Below, in pieces: positions 57,101-64,000 of a stretch of 64,000 nucleotides of DNA. The DNA is from a virus (taxonomy: Duplodnaviria > Caudoviricetes). The stretch spans positions 6,121 to 70,120 of the IMG/VR virus record IMGVR_UViG_3300005805_007239, one strand, 5' to 3'. How positions within the stretch are numbered: the first letter of the stretch is position 1; each line of letters starts with the position of its first letter. The position numbers and the translations under genes are program-made. The notes beneath the pieces were generated by a model. That model did no database searches. It was not told the DNA's origin and worked only from the letters and a program-made list of their open reading frames with translations.

Positions 57101-60100
57101 CACTTGTGCCTTGATAGCCAGAATAGCCAGATGAACCTTGACCACTATAACCAGAGAACCCGGAAATACCTACTGCTCCTCTATATATACCTGTAGAAAT
57201 ATAACTATAGTGCTGAGTGCCTTCATAGTACATGCGCACTGTTCTACTATTAGAAGATGTATTTCTTACATCAACTTCAACCATTATACGATCCGTTAGA
57301 GAAAGAACTATAGCATTAGCTAATGTGTATGATGTAACTTGTAATAACGGGTTGTTAATGTCCGTATTAGTAAGAGGGTCTCCAACAGCACTAAATAAAA
57401 ATGTTTGAGTGCTACCATCATATTTGTAAACACTATAAATAAAGTTTAAATCGTTTGCACTGCTTACATAATAATATGTGCTGAACAGCCAAGTACCTGG
57501 AGGTAATTGATCCGTATTAGGCTGACCAGCAGGGGTAATTGCGTCGAAAAGCGGCGCAGTAGATAAACCTAAAGTAACTGTAGCATATGTTTCCGGGTCA
57601 CCGTCTGGAGCATCGTCAAGCACATAATGCGACGGTACATCAGATGCGCTACTTGTATAGTAGAATGTTAAGCCTACTGCCGGCGCGCCAGAAAAACCAC
57701 TCGTACCACTATAACCAGAGTAACCGCTTACCCCGCTATAGCCGGAATAACCGCTTAAGCCTGAGTACCCACTGTAGCCAGATTCACCACTATAACCGCT
57801 ATAACCAGACCGGCCGCTATAACCGCTGTATCCTGATTGCCCACTGTAGCCGCTATAGCCTGATTCCCCTGAATAGCCGCTATACCCCGATTCTCCTGAG
57901 TAACCACTATAGCCTGAAAACCCGCTAATACCAGAATAGCCTGAATAGCCCGATGCACCGCTGTAACCACTATATCCACTGAAGCCACTTATACCTGAGT
58001 ACCCGCTATAACCGGACTGACCACTATAGCCGCTGTAACCTGATTCTCCAGAATAACCACTATAACCGGACTGGCCGCTATACCCACTATAACCGGACTC
58101 TCCAGAGTAACCACTATAGCCTGATGTCCCTACACCAGAGTAGCCACTATAACCTGATTGCCCAGAATAACCGCTGTAACCAGATTGTCCAGAATAACCT
58201 GAATAGCCACTTTCTCCGCTATAGCCAGAGTAGCCTGAAAAACCACTTATACCAGAATACCCACTATAGCCAGACTCCCCGCTATACCCGCTATAACCTG
58301 AATACCCTGAAGCGCCTGAGTAGCCACTGTAGCCGGATGCACCACTATAACCGCTATACCCGCTATAGCCTGATAAACCAGAATAGCCTGAGTACCCGCT
58401 TTCCCCGCTGTAACCAGAATAACCTGAGAACCCGCTTATACCAGAATACCCACTGTAACCACTATAACCGCTTATACCTACTTCTCCTGAATAACCGCTG
58501 TAGCCGCTATAACCGGAATACCCACTTGTGCCAGAATAACCAGAATAGCCTGAAAAGCCGCTTTCTCCACTGTAACCAGAATAACCTGAAAACCCGCTAA
58601 TACCTGAGTATCCAGAATAGCCTGACTCTCCAGAATAACCACTATAACCGCTTATACCTACTTCTCCAGAGTACCCACTGTAACCACTAAAGCCAGACAA
58701 GCCTGAATAACCACTGTACCCGCTAAAGCCAGACAAGCCTGAATAGCCGCTGTAACCACTAAAACCGCTTATACCACTGTAACCACTATAACCGGACTCT
58801 CCAGAGTAACCGCTATAACCTGAAAAACCACTTGTACCAGAATACCCGCTATAACCTGAATAACCACTGGCGCCAGAGTAACCGCTATAACCGCTATAGC
58901 CAGATAGACCTGAATAACCGCTATACCCGCTATAGCCACTAAGACCGCTATAGCCACTATATCCGGAAAAACCTGAAATACCTGAGTATCCAGAATAGCC
59001 TGAATAGCCTGATATACCTGAGTAACCGCTATAGCCTGACTCTCCAGAATACCCACTATAGCCTGAATAACCACTGGCGCCAGAATAACCGCTATAACCG
59101 CTGAGACCGCTATAGCCACTATACCCGGAAAAGCCGGATTCTCCGGAATAGCCTGAATACCCTGACTGACCGCTATAGCCTGAATATCCTGAATAACCGC
59201 TTTCCCCGCTATAGCCAGAGTAACCTGAATAACCAAGCTCTCCAGAATAACCTGAGTAACCACTCGCTCCAGAATAACCAGAATAGCCACTTATACCACT
59301 GTAGCCAGAATAACCTGATATACCGCTATAGCCGGAATAACCACTATAGCCAGAATCTCCTGTACGTGAAAAAGAAATAATTACTTGGTCATTATCTGAC
59401 AAAGCATTATTGCTAATAATATATTCTAGATCAATAGTTTGATATGTAGAATTATCTGTACTACTAAAAATAAAAAAGTCAAAAAATGTGTTAGAGTCTG
59501 AAAGTTTAGTTATTCTAATAGTGCCTCGTTTAGGGCTTGTAGACTGTATAAACGTTTGTAACCAAGTAAAAAGATTCGTACTGTAATAATCATAATTGTT
59601 TATATAAACAATAGTAGTACTAGTTTGTAAAATATTATTAAATTTTAAATACCCTGAACCTGGATCACTACCTGAAGTATTAGTTGAAAAGGTATATAAG
59701 AAACTATTACCGCCAAAATCTCCCTTATACCCAGAGTACCCACTATAACCTGACTCCCCAGAATAACCACTATATCCAGAGTAGCCACTAATACCTATCT
59801 CTCCAGAATACCCGCTATAACCAGAATACCCTGAGTACCCGCTTTCCCCGCTGTAGCCTGAATAACCGCTCATACCATCCACACCACTATACCCAGAATA
59901 ACCACTCATACCGTCTACTCCGCTATACCCAGAATAACCACTTGAACCTTGATAGCCTGAGTACCCGCTTTCCCCTTGACCGGAATAGCCGCTATAACCT
60001 GAAATACCTACCCCAGAATAACCGGAATAACCACTAATACCAGAATACCCTGAATAACCGCTCCTACCTGAATACCCACTATAACCTGATTCGCCAATAA

Positions 60101-60332
60101 AGCCGTCTTGACCACTATAGCCGGAATACCCGCTAAAACCTGAGCGTCCACTAAAACCTGAAAATCCCATTACCCCTTGCGCGGATAATGCAGAAATAGT
60201 AATAGAGTACGAGGTGTACGTACCGTTATTATTATTTCTTTCTAAGAATAAAAGATCAGTACCAGAAAGAGGGCCAACTGGTACTGAAGGTAGTTCGTGT
60301 GGAAATATTAATGTCGGGAAATCAGCGGACAT
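54159..60332 (-). CDS. Long (Gly-X-Ser)n tail fibre with inserted globular domains, YadA-head-like repeats and a conserved C-terminal domain
   Basis: 2057 aa. GYS tracts are separated by three inserts. N.A[VI]G..AL repeats lie at about 54700-54950. C-terminal KSFVIKHP...EGPE...RG...LP.YW..LV.....VQLTPIG...AERKD is a domain common at phage fibre ends, possibly an intramolecular chaperone. Confidence 0.8.
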   Translation of the reverse strand: MSADFPTLIFPHELPSVPVGPLSGTDLLFLERNNNNGTYTSYSITISALSAQGVMGFSGFSGRSGFSGYSGYSGQDGFIGESGYSGYSGRSGYSGYSGISGYSGYSGVGISGYSGYSGQGESGYSGYQGSSGYSGYSGVDGMSGYSGYSGVDGMSGYSGYSGESGYSGYSGYSGYSGEIGISGYSGYSGYSGESGYSGYSGYKGDFGGNSFLYTFSTNTSGSDPGSGYLKFNNILQTSTTIVYINNYDYYSTNLFTWLQTFIQSTSPKRGTIRITKLSDSNTFFDFFIFSSTDNSTYQTIDLEYIISNNALSDNDQVIISFSRTGDSGYSGYSGYSGISGYSGYSGISGYSGYSGASGYSGYSGELGYSGYSGYSGESGYSGYSGYSGQSGYSGYSGESGFSGYSGYSGLSGYSGYSGASGYSGYSGYSGESGYSGYSGISGYSGYSGYSGISGFSGYSGYSGLSGYSGYSGYSGLSGYSGYSGYSGASGYSGYSGYSGTSGFSGYSGYSGESGYSGYSGISGFSGYSGYSGLSGFSGYSGYSGLSGFSGYSGYSGEVGISGYSGYSGESGYSGYSGISGFSGYSGYSGESGFSGYSGYSGTSGYSGYSGYSGYSGEVGISGYSGYSGYSGISGFSGYSGYSGESGYSGYSGLSGYSGYSGYSGASGYSGYSGASGYSGYSGYSGESGYSGYSGISGFSGYSGYSGESGYSGYSGQSGYSGYSGQSGYSGYSGVGTSGYSGYSGESGYSGYSGQSGYSGYSGESGYSGYSGQSGYSGYSGISGFSGYSGYSGASGYSGYSGISGFSGYSGYSGESGYSGYSGESGYSGYSGQSGYSGYSGRSGYSGYSGESGYSGYSGLSGYSGYSGVSGYSGYSGTSGFSGAPAVGLTFYYTSSASDVPSHYVLDDAPDGDPETYATVTLGLSTAPLFDAITPAGQPNTDQLPPGTWLFSTYYYVSSANDLNFIYSVYKYDGSTQTFLFSAVGDPLTNTDINNPLLQVTSYTLANAIVLSLTDRIMVEVDVRNTSSNSRTVRMYYEGTQHYSYISTGIYRGAVGISGFSGYSGQGSSGYSGYQGTSGYSGYSGQSGYSGYSGISGYSGYSGESGYSGYSGLSGYSGYSGRSGYSGYSGQSGYSGYSGYSGESGYSGYSGISGYSGYSGISGFSGYSGYSGISGYSGYSGTSGYSGYSGTSGYSGYSGLSGFSGYSGYSGISGFSGYSGYSGLSGYSGYSGQSGYSGYSGISGYSGYSGLSGYSGYSGISGFSGYSGYSGISGFSGYSGYSGQSGYSGYSGISGYSGYSGISGFSGYSGYSGAVGTSGYSGYSGYSGVSGFSGYSGYSGYSGISGFSGYSGYSGTSGFSGYSGYSGTSGYSGYSGISGFSGYSGYSGTSGFSGYSGYSGISGFSGYSGYSGTSGFSGYSGYSGLSGYSGYSGASGISGYSGYSGASGVSGYSGYSGISGFSGYSGYSGISGFSGYSGYSGISGFSGYSGYSGISGFSGYSGYSGVSGYSGYSGVSGYSGYSGISGFSGYSGYSGRSGYSGYSGYSGVSGYSGYSGYSGVSGYSGYSGISGFSGYSGYSGVSGFSGYSGYSGASGFSGISGYSGYQGIFGGDSQPYTFSTTVTDSDPGAGFLRFNNLTQTSTTQIYVSNTNGDSASTASWLAALDDSTNTVKGTLRVFNRVSSATYLTFQINSIVAATGYYKVNVTYVEGNNTLSNNGSIVISFTRAGDAGSGGTSGYSGYSGISGFSGYSGYSGISGYSGYSGIGTSGYSGYSGSSSASAPASARALGTVYGYTASATNTNVSLGWNSLNSVSNTDVRNTAVGYNALSTVNTGTNNIGIGYQAGNSISTGTGNIGIGTNALFNTTTSTNNIAVGFGALSAVAPGNENVVIGNFNGNAGGLNLTSSSRNIVISDGAGNVRFYATSGGFVGINTVTPSYSLEVSGSFAATTKSFVIKHPTKPYKKLEYGVAEGPEHSVFIRGITKESIIPLPEYWPQLVDESTVTVQLTPIGHFQKLIVDRITPTEVYIKNENIFNKDINSYFFIQAERKDIPKLKVEY

Positions 60333-60338
60333 CTTATA

Positions 60339-60344
60339 TACTTA
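60339..60344 (-). promoter_or_regulatory. TAAGTA late-promoter-like motif
   Basis: 6 nt upstream of ATG 60332. Confidence 0.5.
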
Positions 60345-61469
60345 TTAACCGCTAAGCGGTATCGATCCGAGTGCTGAAATTAAGTCGGATAGATTTGTTA
60401 ATATAGGGAAATTTGGTCCCTGTATACTTGCAGCTACCGTCTCTATTGTAGGCATGATAGGTACAAGAGAACTTAAAGCTGGGTTATAAGAAGAAAGTAA
60501 GGAGTAAAGTGTTTGTAGAGCAACTGCATTTGCAGAAGTAATTGTTGTACCGGTACTTGTTGAGTAGTTGCTCGGGCTTTGTACAACGACATATGTATTA
60601 GAAGCTGAAGCACCTAATGCACCCACAGTCTGTCCTGCCGTATTAGCTACACCAATAAGATTAACGAGTATATTTGTATCTTCGTAATCCCCATACACAT
60701 TAGTATTAGATTGCGGATTTTCTGCATAATCAAATATACGGGCAGAGTCTTTATCAACAAATTGTGTATATTCCTTAGTTTCAAGTATTTTTGGTAAATT
60801 ATTAAGATAGCCATCGCTTTTATTATCATATACTTGATCCATCTTAGCTTCGCGAGGAGCTTGTGGTTCGTAGCTATAATCAAAGCGTTTAGCTTGTATC
60901 ATCCATATATAATGTCCAAGTAATTGATTACCAGTGCCGCCTTTTTGATCAACACGTTCGGTTATTTCGTATATTTGACCACTTCTTCCATTAGGTCTAG
61001 ATTGTCCGTATTCTGAAAGCTCTATTAAATCCCCTGCTTTTGGTTCATATTGATATATATTAGTTACACCGCTTAAAGCAGATCCTGTTAACGTATTGGT
61101 AAATGTTTTAATTGCAATTAATGCAGTTAAATCTGCCGTACCTTGTAGACCAAATTTACTTAAAATAACACTATCATTACTTAATGTTATTGCAAAAATC
61201 ATAGAAACCGGAGAAGCAAATCCAGCTAACGGCTGTTCTCCATAAAAATAATCATGTGCGGATAAAGAATATAAATTAACATAATAGTTAACTTTCATTC
61301 CATATTGGTTTATTTGTTCTGTCCACCAATTTTGCCATAATGTTTGTTCTAGAACATTATTAGCTGTATCACTATAGCGCAAACTACCAGATAAACACTC
61401 TGTCCGGCCATTAGTAGTGGTTGGAGCTATATACTGACCGGTATCAACACAGTAACTTGCAATAGACAT
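60345..61469 (-). CDS. Neck / head-completion protein, T4 gp14-like
   Basis: EQINQYGM.V.Y...D.FYGE....F......LSKFG.....D.T..I....F...PKAGDLI...YEIT.......Y.W.I....F.YS.E resembles gp14. Located near the terminase. Confidence 0.7.
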   Translation of the reverse strand: MSIASYCVDTGQYIAPTTTNGRTECLSGSLRYSDTANNVLEQTLWQNWWTEQINQYGMKVNYYVNLYSLSAHDYFYGEQPLAGFASPVSMIFAITLSNDSVILSKFGLQGTADLTALIAIKTFTNTLTGSALSGVTNIYQYEPKAGDLIELSEYGQSRPNGRSGQIYEITERVDQKGGTGNQLLGHYIWMIQAKRFDYSYEPQAPREAKMDQVYDNKSDGYLNNLPKILETKEYTQFVDKDSARIFDYAENPQSNTNVYGDYEDTNILVNLIGVANTAGQTVGALGASASNTYVVVQSPSNYSTSTGTTITSANAVALQTLYSLLSSYNPALSSLVPIMPTIETVAASIQGPNFPILTNLSDLISALGSIPLSG

Positions 61470-61477
61470 TATAAAAA

Positions 61478-61483
61478 TATTTA
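61478..61483 (-). promoter_or_regulatory. TAAATA late-promoter-like motif (divergent pair, minus)
   Basis: 8 nt upstream of ATG 61469. Confidence 0.5.
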
Positions 61484-61514
61484 CAGTTATTGTTACTTTT
61501 AAACAGAAGTAAGC

Positions 61515-61520
61515 TAAATA
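61515..61520 (+). promoter_or_regulatory. TAAATA late-promoter-like motif (divergent pair, plus)
   Basis: 8 nt upstream of ATG 61529. Confidence 0.5.
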
Positions 61521-61528
61521 TAATTACA

Positions 61529-62584
61529 ATGGCAAAATTAAAGAATTTAAGCGAGCTCGGTGATATCTATACTTCTAGTATACAGTCTACTGTTGTTGAA
61601 AAAGAAAAAGTACGGGATTACAACGATATACTACTTACCGATACTACTAATTATTTGCCAGAAAGCACCATGCCTAAGGTAGGTGAAGGCTTTGGTAAGC
61701 AAAAAGAAGAGCTTGCTAAAGGCACGGGTCCACAGGCTGCAGATAATTTTAAGAAAGTCACAGAAGAACAAGATCCTGGCGCATCAAAGAAAACAATGAA
61801 GAAAGATGAGAAAGATGATGCAAAAGACACTGACAAGTCTGAAGAAGGCGAAGAGCAAGAAGCCGGGGAAACAGAAAAAGAAATTAACGACGATGCTAAG
61901 AAGCATGTCAAAGCAGAAAAAGCAAGATTAACTACCCCTAAAGAAAAATTGCAAGAAGAGGTAGAATCTGGGTCAAAAAATACTAAATATAAGAAACAAA
62001 CATTTACTATGTCAAAGTCAAAATTCGATAAACTATACGAAGACGCCCTTAACGGCGCTCCTTTTGCAAAAGACGACGAAGCAACACCTGTTGCTCCTGC
62101 TGACGATATGGGCGGTGAAGAGCCTGTAACAGATACTGATACCGATATGGGAGGTGATTCTGTTACTATTACCCTTGATCGTGCACTTGCACAAAAGTTA
62201 CATGACGCTCTTATGGGTCAACTTGGTGGCGCTGAAGAGCCAGCTCCTGACATGGGAGACGCTGGTGCAGATGTAGGCGACGAAGCCCCAATGGCAGAAG
62301 AAGGGGATGATGATGCAATGAGCGAAGCAGTTGATGCTGAAGATCTTGGACATCCAGGACCAGGCCATCATGCAAAGTCTGAACAGCTTAAAGACGGTCA
62401 CAAGATCCACAAGGTTGGCGCTTTAAAGGCAGCCGGTGCTGCCTCTGAACAAGGCGGACCAAAGGGCGGCGACGGCACCGTAAATAAGGCTAAAGACTTC
62501 GACAAGGGTCTTCAAAAGCCAACCGGTAGCAATCAGGTCGGTAACCTCAAGGTAAGCAAGGGTACTGGCAACGCTTTCGAATAA
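61529..62584 (+). CDS. Acidic low-complexity protein, possibly a prohead core/internal head protein
   Basis: 351 aa, very D/E/K-rich and probably largely disordered. Own promoter motif and terminator. Located in the head-packaging region. Function inferred from composition only. Confidence 0.6.
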   Translation: MAKLKNLSELGDIYTSSIQSTVVEKEKVRDYNDILLTDTTNYLPESTMPKVGEGFGKQKEELAKGTGPQAADNFKKVTEEQDPGASKKTMKKDEKDDAKDTDKSEEGEEQEAGETEKEINDDAKKHVKAEKARLTTPKEKLQEEVESGSKNTKYKKQTFTMSKSKFDKLYEDALNGAPFAKDDEATPVAPADDMGGEEPVTDTDTDMGGDSVTITLDRALAQKLHDALMGQLGGAEEPAPDMGDAGADVGDEAPMAEEGDDDAMSEAVDAEDLGHPGPGHHAKSEQLKDGHKIHKVGALKAAGAASEQGGPKGGDGTVNKAKDFDKGLQKPTGSNQVGNLKVSKGTGNAFE

Positions 62585-62605
62585 GATAAATTGACATAGA
62601 ACTCT

Positions 62606-62634
62606 AAAGCTCGTTAGCAATAACGAGCTTTTTT
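62606..62634 (+). terminator. Rho-independent terminator
   Basis: AAAGCTCGTTA-GCAA-TAACGAGCTTT followed by further T residues. 11-bp stem with a GNRA loop, just after the stop at 62584. Confidence 0.8.
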
Positions 62635-62638
62635 ATTG

Positions 62639-64000
62639 TCAATATTTTATATAGCCTGGATTACTTAAATTAGGTAACATTCTGGTTGCTGTTGAATAAT
62701 TTGGCTGCTCCCAGCCTAGAGCTCTCAGCTCTTCTAGATCTTCTATTTCGTTTTCTTTAGTAGGAATAAATACAGGACTAAACGGTAATTCAACGTTTTT
62801 GTCTTTATTAAATTTATTATATAGTTCTGAAGGCTTAGGCATACTAACGATAAACGGATCCCAATTCGTAGGTACTATCTTTAAGGGTTTACCGTTATTA
62901 TCTTTTTGACTTACTTCAAAAAATTGCTCTACTACTTTAGTGTCTAAAATAAAAATAGCCCATATTAATGCCTCTACTCTATCATCTAGATATCTTTCAT
63001 CCTGCTTTTTCCATACGCCATTGTCTTGTCTAATATAAGTTTTAAATTCTTCTACGGTTTGTTTATCATTTATTTTTAAACATCTTAATACGTTCATCCA
63101 ATATCTAAAATTGGACATACTGTTAAACTTACTATTAGTATGAGAATATACTCCCATACGATTATCTTTTTCAGCTTTTTCAGTATATGAACCCATACTA
63201 GGAGTGTATTTTACAATATTAGAATATTGATGGGTATGTATTAATGCATCGATAACTTGCGCGCCGCAATTATTACGCTCAACGAGTAAAGGAGGGTTAC
63301 CCCATTGACTAGCTATTTCAATAAGCTTACCAGCAAAATTAAATGGGTCTAATTTATTATAAGCATAGGTAGCAACTTGCTCTATAGCAGTTAAATCAGT
63401 TATATCTATAACTTGTATTACAGAGTTAGCTCTAGCAATACCCTCTCCAACATCGACCCCTATACTATAATAATGCCCATCTTCTTTATCTTTATATATT
63501 TTATAATGACCTTCTTCATCAACAAAAATAGGATCCGGGGCAATTCTACTTAATTCATCGAGCTGATCTTTATCAAATACACTTTCTCCTACCGATCTAA
63601 ATTCATTACCATACTCTTGATCAAAAGCGTCCTGGGAGCCAAGTGCTCTCACAGTCATTTCTTTCCATTTTTCATCTCTACCGGGCACTTCCCACCAATC
63701 AACTCTCTCATAATGCCAACCGTTTTTATCCTCTACTGCTTCACTATATATATTATAAAATAAATTACCTACACCATTCGGGGTCGATAACATAAAAATC
63801 TTAGACTTTTTAGATGAAGAAATTACCGGGAATACTGACTCCCAAAAATCATTCATAAACTCTGAAGGAATAAATGCAGCTTCGTCTATAAGAAGACAAT
63901 TAATAGATTCACCACGAGCTGCATCAGAAGTAGTAGTACTAATACCAATAGAACTACCATTAGCTAGTTCCATACCTTCTTTAGCGTAATTTATAACACC
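62639..64000 (-). CDS. terL: Terminase large subunit, T4 gp17-like (partial, start beyond right edge)
   Basis: ELANGS....T....A.RG.SIN.LLIDEAAFIP (Walker B), STPNG coupling motif, W...PGRDE.WK...F.QEY..EF, and nuclease GVDVGEG. The frame stays open to base 64000. Confidence 0.95.
   Translation of the reverse strand, partial: GVINYAKEGMELANGSSIGISTTTSDAARGESINCLLIDEAAFIPSEFMNDFWESVFPVISSSKKSKIFMLSTPNGVGNLFYNIYSEAVEDKNGWHYERVDWWEVPGRDEKWKEMTVRALGSQDAFDQEYGNEFRSVGESVFDKDQLDELSRIAPDPIFVDEEGHYKIYKDKEDGHYYSIGVDVGEGIARANSVIQVIDITDLTAIEQVATYAYNKLDPFNFAGKLIEIASQWGNPPLLVERNNCGAQVIDALIHTHQYSNIVKYTPSMGSYTEKAEKDNRMGVYSHTNSKFNSMSNFRYWMNVLRCLKINDKQTVEEFKTYIRQDNGVWKKQDERYLDDRVEALIWAIFILDTKVVEQFFEVSQKDNNGKPLKIVPTNWDPFIVSMPKPSELYNKFNKDKNVELPFSPVFIPTKENEIEDLEELRALGWEQPNYSTATRMLPNLSNPGYIKY

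Noticed and set aside
25105-59290. Many short ORFs in alternative frames or strands of the GYS and RCC1 genes (e.g. 57587-57928, 58124-58600, 58769-59290, 48227-48631)
   Set aside because: By-products of repeat periodicity leaving other frames stop-poor. Low-complexity translations with no start context.
25007-60332. CRISPR array or non-coding satellite interpretation of the 9-bp, 81-bp and about 150-bp periodicities
   Set aside because: The repeats are degenerate at third codon positions, lie wholly in long open frames and have no unique spacers between identical repeats.
23066-61528. ORF-track start positions 24337, 36224 and 61490
   Set aside because: Downstream ATGs at 24262, 36206 and 61529 give shorter or no overlaps and, for 61529, the conserved TAAATA spacing.
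1-64000. Stop-codon reassignment, as in some jumbo phages
   Set aside because: Genes are long and tightly packed in the standard code, and TAA, TAG and TGA all occur as stops of coupled genes.
1-64000. tRNA, rRNA, integrase, transposase, intron or intein
   Set aside because: Intergenic gaps are too short for structured RNAs, none was recognised, and the visible part of the terminase is uninterrupted.

Overview
The window is a densely coding piece of a large T4-like (myovirus-type, probably jumbo) phage genome read in the standard genetic code. Almost all genes are on the minus strand. Anchor genes at the right end are a gp17-like terminase large subunit (cut by the window edge) and a gp14-like neck protein. 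About 56 kb (4025-60332) is a tail/baseplate/appendage region. It holds baseplate-like proteins, two very long proline-free (Gly-X-Ser)n 'GYS' fibre proteins, a 4138-aa RCC1/BLIP-II repeat protein, three tandem LamG-like proteins, a modular Ig/InlB-B-like adhesin with poly-Thr linkers, and chaperone/adapter genes. Three glycosyltransferase genes (GT2, GT25-like, GT9-like fused to a methyltransferase) are embedded among them. The left end has small accessory genes, a pyrimidine-dimer glycosylase-like gene, and an ORF missed by the ORF track (1-1633, minus, runs off the edge) with a signal peptide and a two-partner-secretion (filamentous haemagglutinin) domain. Most notable observations: (i) the RCC1 protein parses by hand into a balanced, nested tree of about 11 beta-propellers; (ii) Pro-free GYS fibres sit beside glycosyltransferases, suggesting glycan-stabilised virion fibres; (iii) a phage-borne TpsA-like adhesin; (iv) a TAA(A/G)TA late-promoter-like motif mostly 5-10 nt upstream of start codons that lack Shine-Dalgarno sites, suggesting leaderless late mRNAs. 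All family assignments come from motif recognition by eye, not database searches.
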